IMG/VR virus record: IMGVR_UViG_3300035034_001213
Location: 9,034 to 73,033 of that record
Reading direction: 5' to 3' (one strand)
From: a virus
Length of the DNA: 64,000 nt
In this document: positions 56,534 through 64,000 of the stretch, piece after piece
Layout: each line of letters opens with the position of its first letter
Numbering within the stretch: position 1 is the stretch's first letter
Made by a program: the position numbers and the translations under genes
Notes under the pieces: model-generated
What the model saw: the letters and a program-made list of their open reading frames with translations, nothing else
The model's database searches: none
Told to the model about the DNA's origin: nothing

Positions 56534-58177
56534 TTACTGCCACTGTGGTGGCCACACGGTTCTCCATCCTCCACTAACAAACGCTTGAAGGTTACCCCCA
56601 ATCTCACGAAGAGACAAAGACTCGGCGGTGTTCTTCTGAACGTAACCACCCAGTCTATTTGTAAATTCAGCATTGAGTTTATTGGAAACCAACAGTGGGG
56701 TCATGTAAACGTCACCACGCGTACCCGCAACTGCTTCTGAGGTAAGCGCGACACGATAGTTCTCGACGGAACCCAGACCCACCTGGGCCTTTGTAACTTG
56801 ATGAGGATTGCTTAGATCGCCCACGTGGGCACTTAACTGATCCCCGGCAATGGATTCAATGGCGTCCCGAACCTTAGACGGAGTCATGTATCGGTTGTTC
56901 GCCGTTCCAGCCTCCGCTTCTGCAGTGTTGGCCACTGGGAAATTATCAACGGAACCAAGACCCACCTGGCCCTTTGTAACTTGATGAGGATTGTTTGTAG
57001 CCGTTGCGTGCGCTGTGAACGCATCGGTGATTTGAACCTGAATCGCTTCAGCCACTGACGATGGGGACATGTACCGATCCCCTCGAGTGCCTTCACGTGC
57101 CTCCACCACACTCGACATTGAATAGTTCTGCACATTACCAAGACCCGTCTGGGCTTTAGTCACATTGTGCGGATTTGATTCGTTGTCGATGTGCGCCGTC
57201 ATGGTCACACCAAAGAGCGCTTCCACTCCAGCATTCAGTGTCGCTGGGGTGATAAACCGATTGGTCACCGATCCACCTTCCGCTTCTGCAACTGAGGCGT
57301 CTGGGTAGTTTGACACCTGACTCAAACCCACTTGGGCTTTTGTCACGGAATGGGGGTTATCGATTCTTGCCGTGTGAGAGTTCAAGGGCGTCAGAGCTTG
57401 GGTCTCAATAGCCTCAGCCACACGAAGCGACGTCATGAACCGAGCGTTCGACGTCCCAGCCCTCGCCTCAGCCTCGGTAGAGGTGCTATAGTTGCTGACC
57501 AACCCTAGGCCTACCTGAGCTTTGGTGACCACGTGTGGGTTGTCTGTACGCGCTTCATGCGCATTCAACTCATCACGCACTTCTTCAGCTCGGTCCAACG
57601 CCTTCTGATATCGGTCTTCAATCATGGCCTTGAGTTCGTCGTGAGACGCTATGTCGCCCAAGAGGATCGCTTCCCGGACTTCATTCAACGCTTGAACAAC
57701 AAATTCAAACCCATAGATGTCGCCGATGTCATGTAAGTGCTGAGCAGGCGGAAAGGCGTCTGGTCGACCCAGAAGATCGCCCCACATGACTTCCCGATCG
57801 TCGAGATTCAGATTGTTGATAAGATCGATGATGACCTGAGTGATGTTAGCGTAATCACCACCCACTACTTGATAGTCGATCGAAATCTCACTGGAGACGG
57901 TTCCGTCGGTGACGATGACGCCTGCGCAGACTTCCTTGCCTGACCGCTCAGAGGGGTCGGCGTAATACATGATCGGAACGTATTGGTCGTTCTTAACAAG
58001 AACGCTTCCGTCGATGGTGTCTCTGACAACCAACGATTCTGTGTAGAACGCACCATAACGAGGAACGGCTGCTCGATTGATGCCAGGTTCCAGTGCGTGC
58101 AATTCACCTAAGACGTTGTTCTCAGGTGAGGTCCCCGTAAGATCAAGGGGATACTTGATGATGTAATTTTCGCTCAT
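56534..58177 (-). CDS. Tail fibre protein (phiKZ gp145/146-like) with roughly 61-aa repeats
   Basis: N-terminal YPLDLTG..P.N.V.GELH domain; five NPHxVTK(A/G)Q(V/T)GL repeats; ends WRTVWPPQWQ. Confidence 0.8.
   Translation of the reverse strand: MSENYIIKYPLDLTGTSPENNVLGELHALEPGINRAAVPRYGAFYTESLVVRDTIDGSVLVKNDQYVPIMYYADPSERSGKEVCAGVIVTDGTVSSEISIDYQVVGGDYANITQVIIDLINNLNLDDREVMWGDLLGRPDAFPPAQHLHDIGDIYGFEFVVQALNEVREAILLGDIASHDELKAMIEDRYQKALDRAEEVRDELNAHEARTDNPHVVTKAQVGLGLVSNYSTSTEAEARAGTSNARFMTSLRVAEAIETQALTPLNSHTARIDNPHSVTKAQVGLSQVSNYPDASVAEAEGGSVTNRFITPATLNAGVEALFGVTMTAHIDNESNPHNVTKAQTGLGNVQNYSMSSVVEAREGTRGDRYMSPSSVAEAIQVQITDAFTAHATATNNPHQVTKGQVGLGSVDNFPVANTAEAEAGTANNRYMTPSKVRDAIESIAGDQLSAHVGDLSNPHQVTKAQVGLGSVENYRVALTSEAVAGTRGDVYMTPLLVSNKLNAEFTNRLGGYVQKNTAESLSLREIGGNLQAFVSGGWRTVWPPQWQ
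56766..56993. repeat. 45-bp direct repeat (2 mismatches) at 183-bp spacing inside the fibre gene
   Basis: 56766-56810 matches 56949-56993. Confidence 0.85.
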
Positions 58178-58205
58178 GGCAGCAACCTTTTAAAACGATC
58201 GGTAG

Positions 58206-58646
58206 TCAGGAAATCGACTCATTATTAAAGCAGGAGGCGTTGCCGGTATAGTCGGCTATACGGCGTCTGAGTCTATCGTCCGCTGGTATTTTACGCTTCT
58301 TGTTGTATTTTCTCCAACCTAGCGCCCTCACCGCATAATACATAGACTTAGCCAATGTCGATGGTACGCCTTCCTCCAACATAGCTCTAAGAAACAACAA
58401 ATCCGCCAGCTTACGAGTTACCGATGTTCCTGAATATAGGAAGTCGTGCAACAGCGCAGCCCAACGGGCCCAACCCTTTACCAACACGAAGATAATTGGT
58501 ACGTGTGGAACGCTGTCCAGATCGGTAACAAACCCACGAGGAATGACGTATCCATAACAGTCCCAATCTTCGTTGACGATCCAAAAGCCGCGTTTGGGCA
58601 GAGGACTTATCGACGGTAGCTTTAGGTACACCTGAGCATCAGACAT
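58206..58646 (-). CDS. DUF1353-family protein
   Basis: IPRGFVTDLDSVP..AALLHDFLY..RKLADLLFLRAM..MYYAVR. Confidence 0.85.
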   Translation of the reverse strand: MSDAQVYLKLPSISPLPKRGFWIVNEDWDCYGYVIPRGFVTDLDSVPHVPIIFVLVKGWARWAALLHDFLYSGTSVTRKLADLLFLRAMLEEGVPSTLAKSMYYAVRALGWRKYNKKRKIPADDRLRRRIADYTGNASCFNNESIS

Positions 58647-58743
58647 GTGACACGACCCTTACTCAATTTGATGTAAAATATCAATAGCACTCATAAAGAT
58701 ATCGCCGATCCCAGGGCTCTAGCCTAGGGATCAAACGATATCT

Positions 58744-59322
58744 TTATATATCAGGATCGTTGGACGAACCTCGCATGGACTCTAACTGAACAAGGACGTT
58801 GGCGTAAACCGCCTCCAATTGATCATCGGGGGCGTCTCTCAATGCTTTCTTACCCGTCAAACGAGCGCGTCTAATTCCACTCAAGACCATTTTATACCCT
58901 TGAATCTGAGTAGAGATGTCGTTGACTACCCATTCCAAAGTTTGTCCAGTAACGTCTTTCCAAATCAGGAGATCCTCAGGTATGTCGTTTGGATCAGATC
59001 CAGCGGCTTGCCACTCGTTTAATGTCTGTTCAACCTGACGATACTCTAAATCAATGGTATTGGTACCGACTTCTAACCACGACTGTCTGATGGAATCGGC
59101 CAATTGATCGATCGCAAGTATATGCTGCTCTCGTTTATCGTACCAGACGCCTGGCGAATGTTTCTTTACTAAACGGATTTCATCGGCGGACAATACGACC
59201 ATGTCGTCATCGAGTTCGACGACTTGACTGTACGCTACTTCTTGAGATTGAGCGTTTCTAACCACCAACTTAACGTGACCTCGATAGTCACTGTTGTCAA
59301 CCATGACGTATTTAACGAACAC
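58744..59322 (-). CDS. Tail fibre assembly/chaperone-like protein
   Basis: AIDQLADSIRQ..LEY..IRRARLTGK resembles tail-assembly helical domains; located among fibre genes. Confidence 0.5.
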   Translation of the reverse strand: MFVKYVMVDNSDYRGHVKLVVRNAQSQEVAYSQVVELDDDMVVLSADEIRLVKKHSPGVWYDKREQHILAIDQLADSIRQSWLEVGTNTIDLEYRQVEQTLNEWQAAGSDPNDIPEDLLIWKDVTGQTLEWVVNDISTQIQGYKMVLSGIRRARLTGKKALRDAPDDQLEAVYANVLVQLESMRGSSNDPDI

Positions 59323-59335
59323 GTTATCACCTCAG

Positions 59336-59989
59336 TTAATTGGGGGCTTGTATGTAATTTATCGCGATAACAGCTTCGAAACTTAAACGATTGGTGGTGG
59401 TTCTAACTACGACCATTCCACTATCGATATAAAGTTCGATGACCTCAGTTTCACCACCTTTCAATGGTATGTCGGCTTCATCCAGTGGACCGAGATCCGT
59501 CCACGCTTCGTATTGATCGCCGTTCTTCTCCGGTTTAACGTCTACGGTATACCGGTTTGCCTCGTAGGCGTTTCCCTTATGAGAAACCATATTGCCTTCA
59601 ACGTAAACGTCATTCTTATTCCATTTCGGTAAGTCTGGCGTACCTCCCAACAACGTTGTATACGGAAGGGGAACCGTTACATCGATTTCGGAGTCGTGTG
59701 CAAATGACTGAGCGGTGTCTATCCAGTAGTTTCCCGAACCACCCCAGACAGAAGTAATCTCAGTAGGAATTGTTAACATCTTAGTTGTCGCATTTGGAAG
59801 GGCTCCAAAGTCTAACAACACAGCCCATACTTCTTGATCGCCAATCGTTACGCCGGTAAAATACGGAATACCAAAGCTGGCTTCTATCAAATTAGAGGAT
59901 GACGACCTCAACTCGGTTTTAACTAAAGACGTCCAGGACCGGATAGTTGCGATCAATGCGTCAAGGTTCTCATCGTACCGACCGGTCAT
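59336..59989 (-). CDS. Tail-associated protein with an inserted CBM5/12 (chitin-binding-type) module
   Basis: DFGALPNATTK..VPLPY domain interrupted by WNKNDVYVEGNMVSHKGNAYEANRYT..P..W; GGAG RBS before ATG 59989. Confidence 0.65.
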   Translation of the reverse strand: MTGRYDENLDALIATIRSWTSLVKTELRSSSSNLIEASFGIPYFTGVTIGDQEVWAVLLDFGALPNATTKMLTIPTEITSVWGGSGNYWIDTAQSFAHDSEIDVTVPLPYTTLLGGTPDLPKWNKNDVYVEGNMVSHKGNAYEANRYTVDVKPEKNGDQYEAWTDLGPLDEADIPLKGGETEVIELYIDSGMVVVRTTTNRLSFEAVIAINYIQAPN

Positions 59990-60003
59990 ACTACGACTCC
60001 TAA

Positions 60004-60031
60004 TAAAAAGGCAGGGGGAATTCCCCCTGCC
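60004..60031 (-). terminator. Rho-independent terminator
   Basis: GGCAGGGGG-AATT-CCCCCTGCC with an A tract on the plus strand (U tract on minus). Confidence 0.8.
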
Positions 60032-60052
60032 CATGTTCTACTCTAACGGCAA

Positions 60053-61198
60053 TTACTGAGCCGATTGCAGATCGGCCAGCGCGTCGTTGAATGCAGTTTC
60101 AATCGCTGTGAAGGCGGCGCTGGTGTCAGCTTCCATCACGTCCCGGACGCCTTTCACACCAGCTGGTGTTACAAACAGGTTCGTGGCAGTACCAGTCACG
60201 GTCTCTGGAACCGTAGCGGTGGCGTAGTTGTCAACACTGGCAAGACCAACGTCCGATTTGGTCAGAGCACCCGTCGCAGAATCGATATCGGCTTGAGTTG
60301 CCTTAGCGTCGATCTGAGACTGGAGACCAGAAGCTACCGCATCGGTATGCGCTTTGGTCAGAGCCGGGGTCATGTACTTGTCAGTAGCAAGACCGTCAAG
60401 CGCTTCTTGGTTGGTTGCAACGCCATAGTTCTGAACGTTGGAAAGGCCAACGTCAGCTTTGGTCAAGGCGGCCAGAGACGCGTCGATGTCGGCCTGGTCA
60501 GCTTTGGCACCGATCTGGGAAATCAGGTTATCGACGATGTCAGGATTGCCGTCAAGCGCGGCGGCCAATTCGGCAATGGTGTCCAGAGTTGCCGGTGCAC
60601 CACCAACCTTCTGAGCCCAGAACGCGTCCATGACGTGCCAGAGGACCTGAGTGGTCATGAATTTATCAGAAGACACCACCCGGATCACAACCTTATCGCC
60701 CACGGAGGCGGCTGTGTTCAAGGTTACCGTATCGGTGGGGACGTCGAACGTATAGTTGGCTTCACCAACCCGACTGTCGTTCAATTCAACGTAAACGACG
60801 GCGCTGTCTTCCAGCTCAAGCGTTTCTGCGTTGTCGTCGCTTCCTGAGAATGCAGTTTGACCTGCCGTCGCAGTGTAGACATAACCGATACCGGCCGCTT
60901 CAAGTTCGGTGGCTGTACCAAAGTTATCAACCAGACCCAGGCCGACCTGAGTAGCCGTAACGTTGTGTGGGTTGTCTTGACGTGCAATAAACGCGTCGAG
61001 AGAATCTTGAACGTCTTGAATGGTGAGACCGGTAGTACCGGCGATCAGTTCAACCACTTCGTTCAGCGTCAGGCCTTCAAGTTGACCAGCGTTGGTGGCG
61101 AAATCAGCGGTTGACGCGTTTTGGAGCTGGGTTTTCAGTTCCGTTGCAAACGCCAGGATTGCTGTGCGTACTGCAGTGTTCTCAGTTTCATAAGACAT
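60053..61198 (-). CDS. Tail fibre-like protein
   Basis: NPHNVTATQVGLG, GAPATLDTIAELAAAL and LTKADVGL repeats, plus an Ig-like YTATAGQTAF insert. Confidence 0.8.
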   Translation of the reverse strand: MSYETENTAVRTAILAFATELKTQLQNASTADFATNAGQLEGLTLNEVVELIAGTTGLTIQDVQDSLDAFIARQDNPHNVTATQVGLGLVDNFGTATELEAAGIGYVYTATAGQTAFSGSDDNAETLELEDSAVVYVELNDSRVGEANYTFDVPTDTVTLNTAASVGDKVVIRVVSSDKFMTTQVLWHVMDAFWAQKVGGAPATLDTIAELAAALDGNPDIVDNLISQIGAKADQADIDASLAALTKADVGLSNVQNYGVATNQEALDGLATDKYMTPALTKAHTDAVASGLQSQIDAKATQADIDSATGALTKSDVGLASVDNYATATVPETVTGTATNLFVTPAGVKGVRDVMEADTSAAFTAIETAFNDALADLQSAQ

Positions 61199-61316
61199 AG
61201 GTATCTTACCTTTTCGTTTAAGTTAAATGATAAATCGGCCACGAGACAGAATTTAAATGTAAGCGTTAAATAAACGCAGAATCAATTAGACTGTCTTCCA
61301 TACCATGTGTCTGTTT

Positions 61317-62006
61317 TTACATGGGTCCGATGGACGTTTCGTTAATGATCCGAGACTGCACGTCTGGGTTCTTGAAATGGTCAACTGCCTTACTCAACAA
61401 CCAACGACCGTTGACATAGTCGTGATCTGTTGAGATGTAGTTCCCATTGTAATTTAAATCGTACACAGGTTCACCACGCCGATCCAATATGGCGCCTCGA
61501 TACCTCGTGACTGCCTTTACCTCGATGTGTTCGAGAGCTTGATCCAGATCGATGATTCGACAATGGTGAACGTCGAAGACCGACAACAACGTCGTGTCGT
61601 TCATCACGTATCGCCTAGTTGCCGTGTTCATGTTCATGAGTCGATTAAAGGCTTCCGTTCGAGTTGGACTCTCTTTCCCCTTTAAGACGACGTTATAGAA
61701 GTGTCGTCGGATTAGAGTAAACAGCTCGTCCATGGATATTTTCAACGTTCCTGTTGTAAAGCTAAACGTAGTGTTCCCCGAAAACGGAGATTGATACGTT
61801 TTTATCTGTTGTTTCCAATACTCGGTTACCGATGGCTGTTCCGTGCCTTCAATAAACCGAACGTCGTACGTAACGACGCGCATCCTTACGGGTGGGGGTG
61901 CTGAATACATCCTGATGTTTACGGGTTTTATGAAAGCATTGGTCGCTGTTGATCGCCTTGCCTTAAATCCCGTACACAAGAACACCCCTGAGAAGGGGTC
62001 ACTCAT
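61317..62006 (-). CDS. Hypothetical protein
   Basis: GAGGAG RBS before ATG 62006. Confidence 0.7.
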   Translation of the reverse strand: MSDPFSGVFLCTGFKARRSTATNAFIKPVNIRMYSAPPPVRMRVVTYDVRFIEGTEQPSVTEYWKQQIKTYQSPFSGNTTFSFTTGTLKISMDELFTLIRRHFYNVVLKGKESPTRTEAFNRLMNMNTATRRYVMNDTTLLSVFDVHHCRIIDLDQALEHIEVKAVTRYRGAILDRRGEPVYDLNYNGNYISTDHDYVNGRWLLSKAVDHFKNPDVQSRIINETSIGPM

Positions 62007-62038
62007 AGTCAACTCCTCATTTCGTCTTAGTAACAAAA

Positions 62039-62064
62039 CTCGGGTGAGGAGACCCCTCACCCGA
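62039..62064 (-). terminator. Hairpin, probable terminator
   Basis: CGGGTGAGG-AGACC-CCTCACCCG downstream of the fibre gene. Confidence 0.6.
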
Positions 62065-62074
62065 TGCGTCTAGA

Positions 62075-64000
62075 TCAGTCGATAGACAAATACAACAATC
62101 CACCGTCGCCACCAACAAGCCAACCGGTTTCACCAGACCCAATGCTCCACAACGTTTCTCCTTCTGGAGAGGTTGGTGCCTTAGCCCAGAATCGACCGCC
62201 ATCGATACTTCGGACAATTTCATTATCCACAGTGATGGCTGCCCAAAGGTTGTACTTATCGACCGACAATTCTTTTAGCTGTCGAGTGTGATCGATCTGT
62301 TGCCAAGCCAGGTTAATGGCACTGTACCGATGATGGATACCGCTTTGTTCCACCGCAACGACATGACCGTCGGAATCCAATTCCACATGCTCAATGACCA
62401 CAGTGTCCGGCACAGCGGTGACCAACGCTTCGGTTCCGTTACCAGTCCATTGGTAGAGACCTAGATCGGTGGCTAGGTAAACTTCCTGAGATTGACTGAG
62501 CGCCGCGTCATTGATCGATGGTAAGGTGCTCAAGTCGATAATAGCCGACCAGGTGACTCCCCCGTCAGAACTCTCTGTCATACCAGAGACGCCTACCACC
62601 AGAACGTAAGCCGCTCCGATGTTTTCGACAGACACAACGGCCTGACCAAAGGACGACTCTAGACTCCAGTTTACACCACCATTACTCGAACGATAGATAT
62701 CACCGCCGGTTGTCACAAAGACCCACTGCTGACCGTTCAGATGTCGAACGAACGCAATGTCCTCAGTTATTCCGGTTACAATCTCTGTCCAGTTAATGCC
62801 GTTGTCTGTGCTGTATCCTGCCAAACCACCAGAACCAACGGCGACCCAACGACTGTTAGGATCTCCATCAAAATCCAGGATTCGATCGGTTGTCTGAGTG
62901 TAGATCGAACTCAAACTACCAGACTGCAAGCGGATAACGTTACCCCCATTCAAATCCCACATACCGTCTTCGAACGACGTCGTCAGGTTGTTGGTCAGGG
63001 TGGTTATTTCGATGTTGGTCACATACGTATCGGCGGCTTCTACCTCAATGCTTTCAACCAACTCAACCCGCGTCAGACCATCGAGACGTACCGTGTCTGC
63101 CGCTGTACCGTCCACGTCCAACTTTTGAAGAAGGAAGTCATCGACTTGACCACGCGTGTATCCGTCCAACTGGTCCAAAGACACACCGTGTGGATTGTTA
63201 AAATCCGAGATGTGATCAGTGATCGTGGTGTCCTGAGTTTCCTGGGTCGTCTCGAGACTGTTCAGTCGGTTTGACAGGTTACCATAGTTACCGGTAACGA
63301 ACGCGTCGATCGCCCACTTAGCGCCCTGAGGCGTGATGAACAAATCGCTGCGGGTGCCAGCTCGAGCATCGACTTCATTGGACGTCGAGAAGTTATCGAC
63401 GTTCCCCAACCCCACCTGTGCGCTGGTCACGTCGTGTGGATTGTTGATGTCTTGAATGTGAGTGGTCAGATCAGTCGATACTCCATTGGCGACGTAATCG
63501 ACCACCCGTTTCGGACTGACGTAATGCGTAAGCGACGTACCCGTCTCCATGATCGCCGAGGTGGCCATCGTGAAGTTCCCAACGTTACTTAAACCGATTT
63601 GGGCCTTGGTCACGTTGTGTGGGTTGTTTGTCTCACCAGGGTGTGCTGCCAGACTGCCGCCCACCAATTCGTTGATCGCCAATCGGACTGCGTACGGTGT
63701 CATGTACTTGTCCGCCGCCACTGCCTCCTGAGCGTCGGTTTCGCTAGCAATCCCGAAGTTCTGAAGGTTACCTAACCCAACCTGACCCTTTGTTACTGAG
63801 TGTGGGTTGTTAAAATCCGAGATGTGGTCGGATAATGGACCACCAACGATTTCATTGATCAGGAGCTTGGTGTGGTATGGCGACATGAAATAGTCAGGCG
63901 CATTACCGGTTGTGGCAACAGATACCGTCGCCATCGGGAAGTTGGGTACTGACCCTAACCCGACTTGAGCTTGTGTGACCTGATGCGGGTTGTCTTGACG
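62075..64000 (-). CDS. Long tail fibre protein, 5'-truncated by the window edge, with a C-terminal BNR/Asp-box beta-propeller
   Basis: Frame is open to base 64000 (RQDNPHQVTQAQVGLG...). NPHxVT repeats are followed by STDNGINW, SSNGGVNW, SSDGGVTW and SIDGGRFW Asp-boxes. Confidence 0.85.
   Translation of the reverse strand, partial: RQDNPHQVTQAQVGLGSVPNFPMATVSVATTGNAPDYFMSPYHTKLLINEIVGGPLSDHISDFNNPHSVTKGQVGLGNLQNFGIASETDAQEAVAADKYMTPYAVRLAINELVGGSLAAHPGETNNPHNVTKAQIGLSNVGNFTMATSAIMETGTSLTHYVSPKRVVDYVANGVSTDLTTHIQDINNPHDVTSAQVGLGNVDNFSTSNEVDARAGTRSDLFITPQGAKWAIDAFVTGNYGNLSNRLNSLETTQETQDTTITDHISDFNNPHGVSLDQLDGYTRGQVDDFLLQKLDVDGTAADTVRLDGLTRVELVESIEVEAADTYVTNIEITTLTNNLTTSFEDGMWDLNGGNVIRLQSGSLSSIYTQTTDRILDFDGDPNSRWVAVGSGGLAGYSTDNGINWTEIVTGITEDIAFVRHLNGQQWVFVTTGGDIYRSSNGGVNWSLESSFGQAVVSVENIGAAYVLVVGVSGMTESSDGGVTWSAIIDLSTLPSINDAALSQSQEVYLATDLGLYQWTGNGTEALVTAVPDTVVIEHVELDSDGHVVAVEQSGIHHRYSAINLAWQQIDHTRQLKELSVDKYNLWAAITVDNEIVRSIDGGRFWAKAPTSPEGETLWSIGSGETGWLVGGDGGLLYLSID

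Noticed and set aside
60065-60847. Long antisense ORF of 260 aa (and similar ones at 9365, 36455, 62741)
   Set aside because: These are shadow frames of strongly supported genes on the opposite strand, with no RBS or motifs noticed.
1-64000. CRISPR array, tRNA/rRNA genes, integrase, transposase or reverse transcriptase
   Set aside because: No repeat-spacer array, cloverleaf with T-loop consensus, or matching catalytic motifs seen by eye. A tRNAscan/Infernal run would be needed to exclude RNAs fully.
1-64000. Alternative genetic code (stop-codon reassignment)
   Set aside because: Code 11 gives dense, full-length genes, and TAA, TAG and TGA all end recognisable proteins at expected positions.

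Overview
This window is a 64 kb segment of a phiKZ-like jumbo phage genome (probably Chimalliviridae-like; the chimallin gene is not in the window). The host is probably a Gram-negative, possibly marine, bacterium. 1-11.6 kb: core block with phiKZ gp128-like structural protein, portal-like protein, gp139-like protein, RuvC-like resolvase and an overlapping i-/o-spanin pair. 11.7-30.3 kb: plus-strand run of small hypothetical genes with HTH regulators, a HAD hydrolase, a lipoprotein and recurring hairpin terminators and TATATCAC promoter-like motifs. 30.3-64 kb: one long minus-strand block with two ubiquitin-fold genes, an endolysin and several tail-fibre genes. Nested among the fibre genes is a roughly 24 kb biosynthetic-type cluster. 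It has six radical SAM enzymes around a small protein ending in CHTR-CHSR-CHNS-RGRR (RiPP-precursor-like), a JmjC/cupin, two 2OG-Fe(II) oxygenases, a FabB/F-type ketosynthase, six intact membrane desaturases, two glycosyltransferase-like proteins and a Ser/Thr-rich fibre-tip-like protein. The leading hypothesis, which is inference, is a phage-encoded system that chemically decorates tail-fibre or virion proteins by crosslinking, lipidation and glycosylation, or that makes a lipopeptide. All family assignments come from motifs read by eye and from recall; no searches were run.
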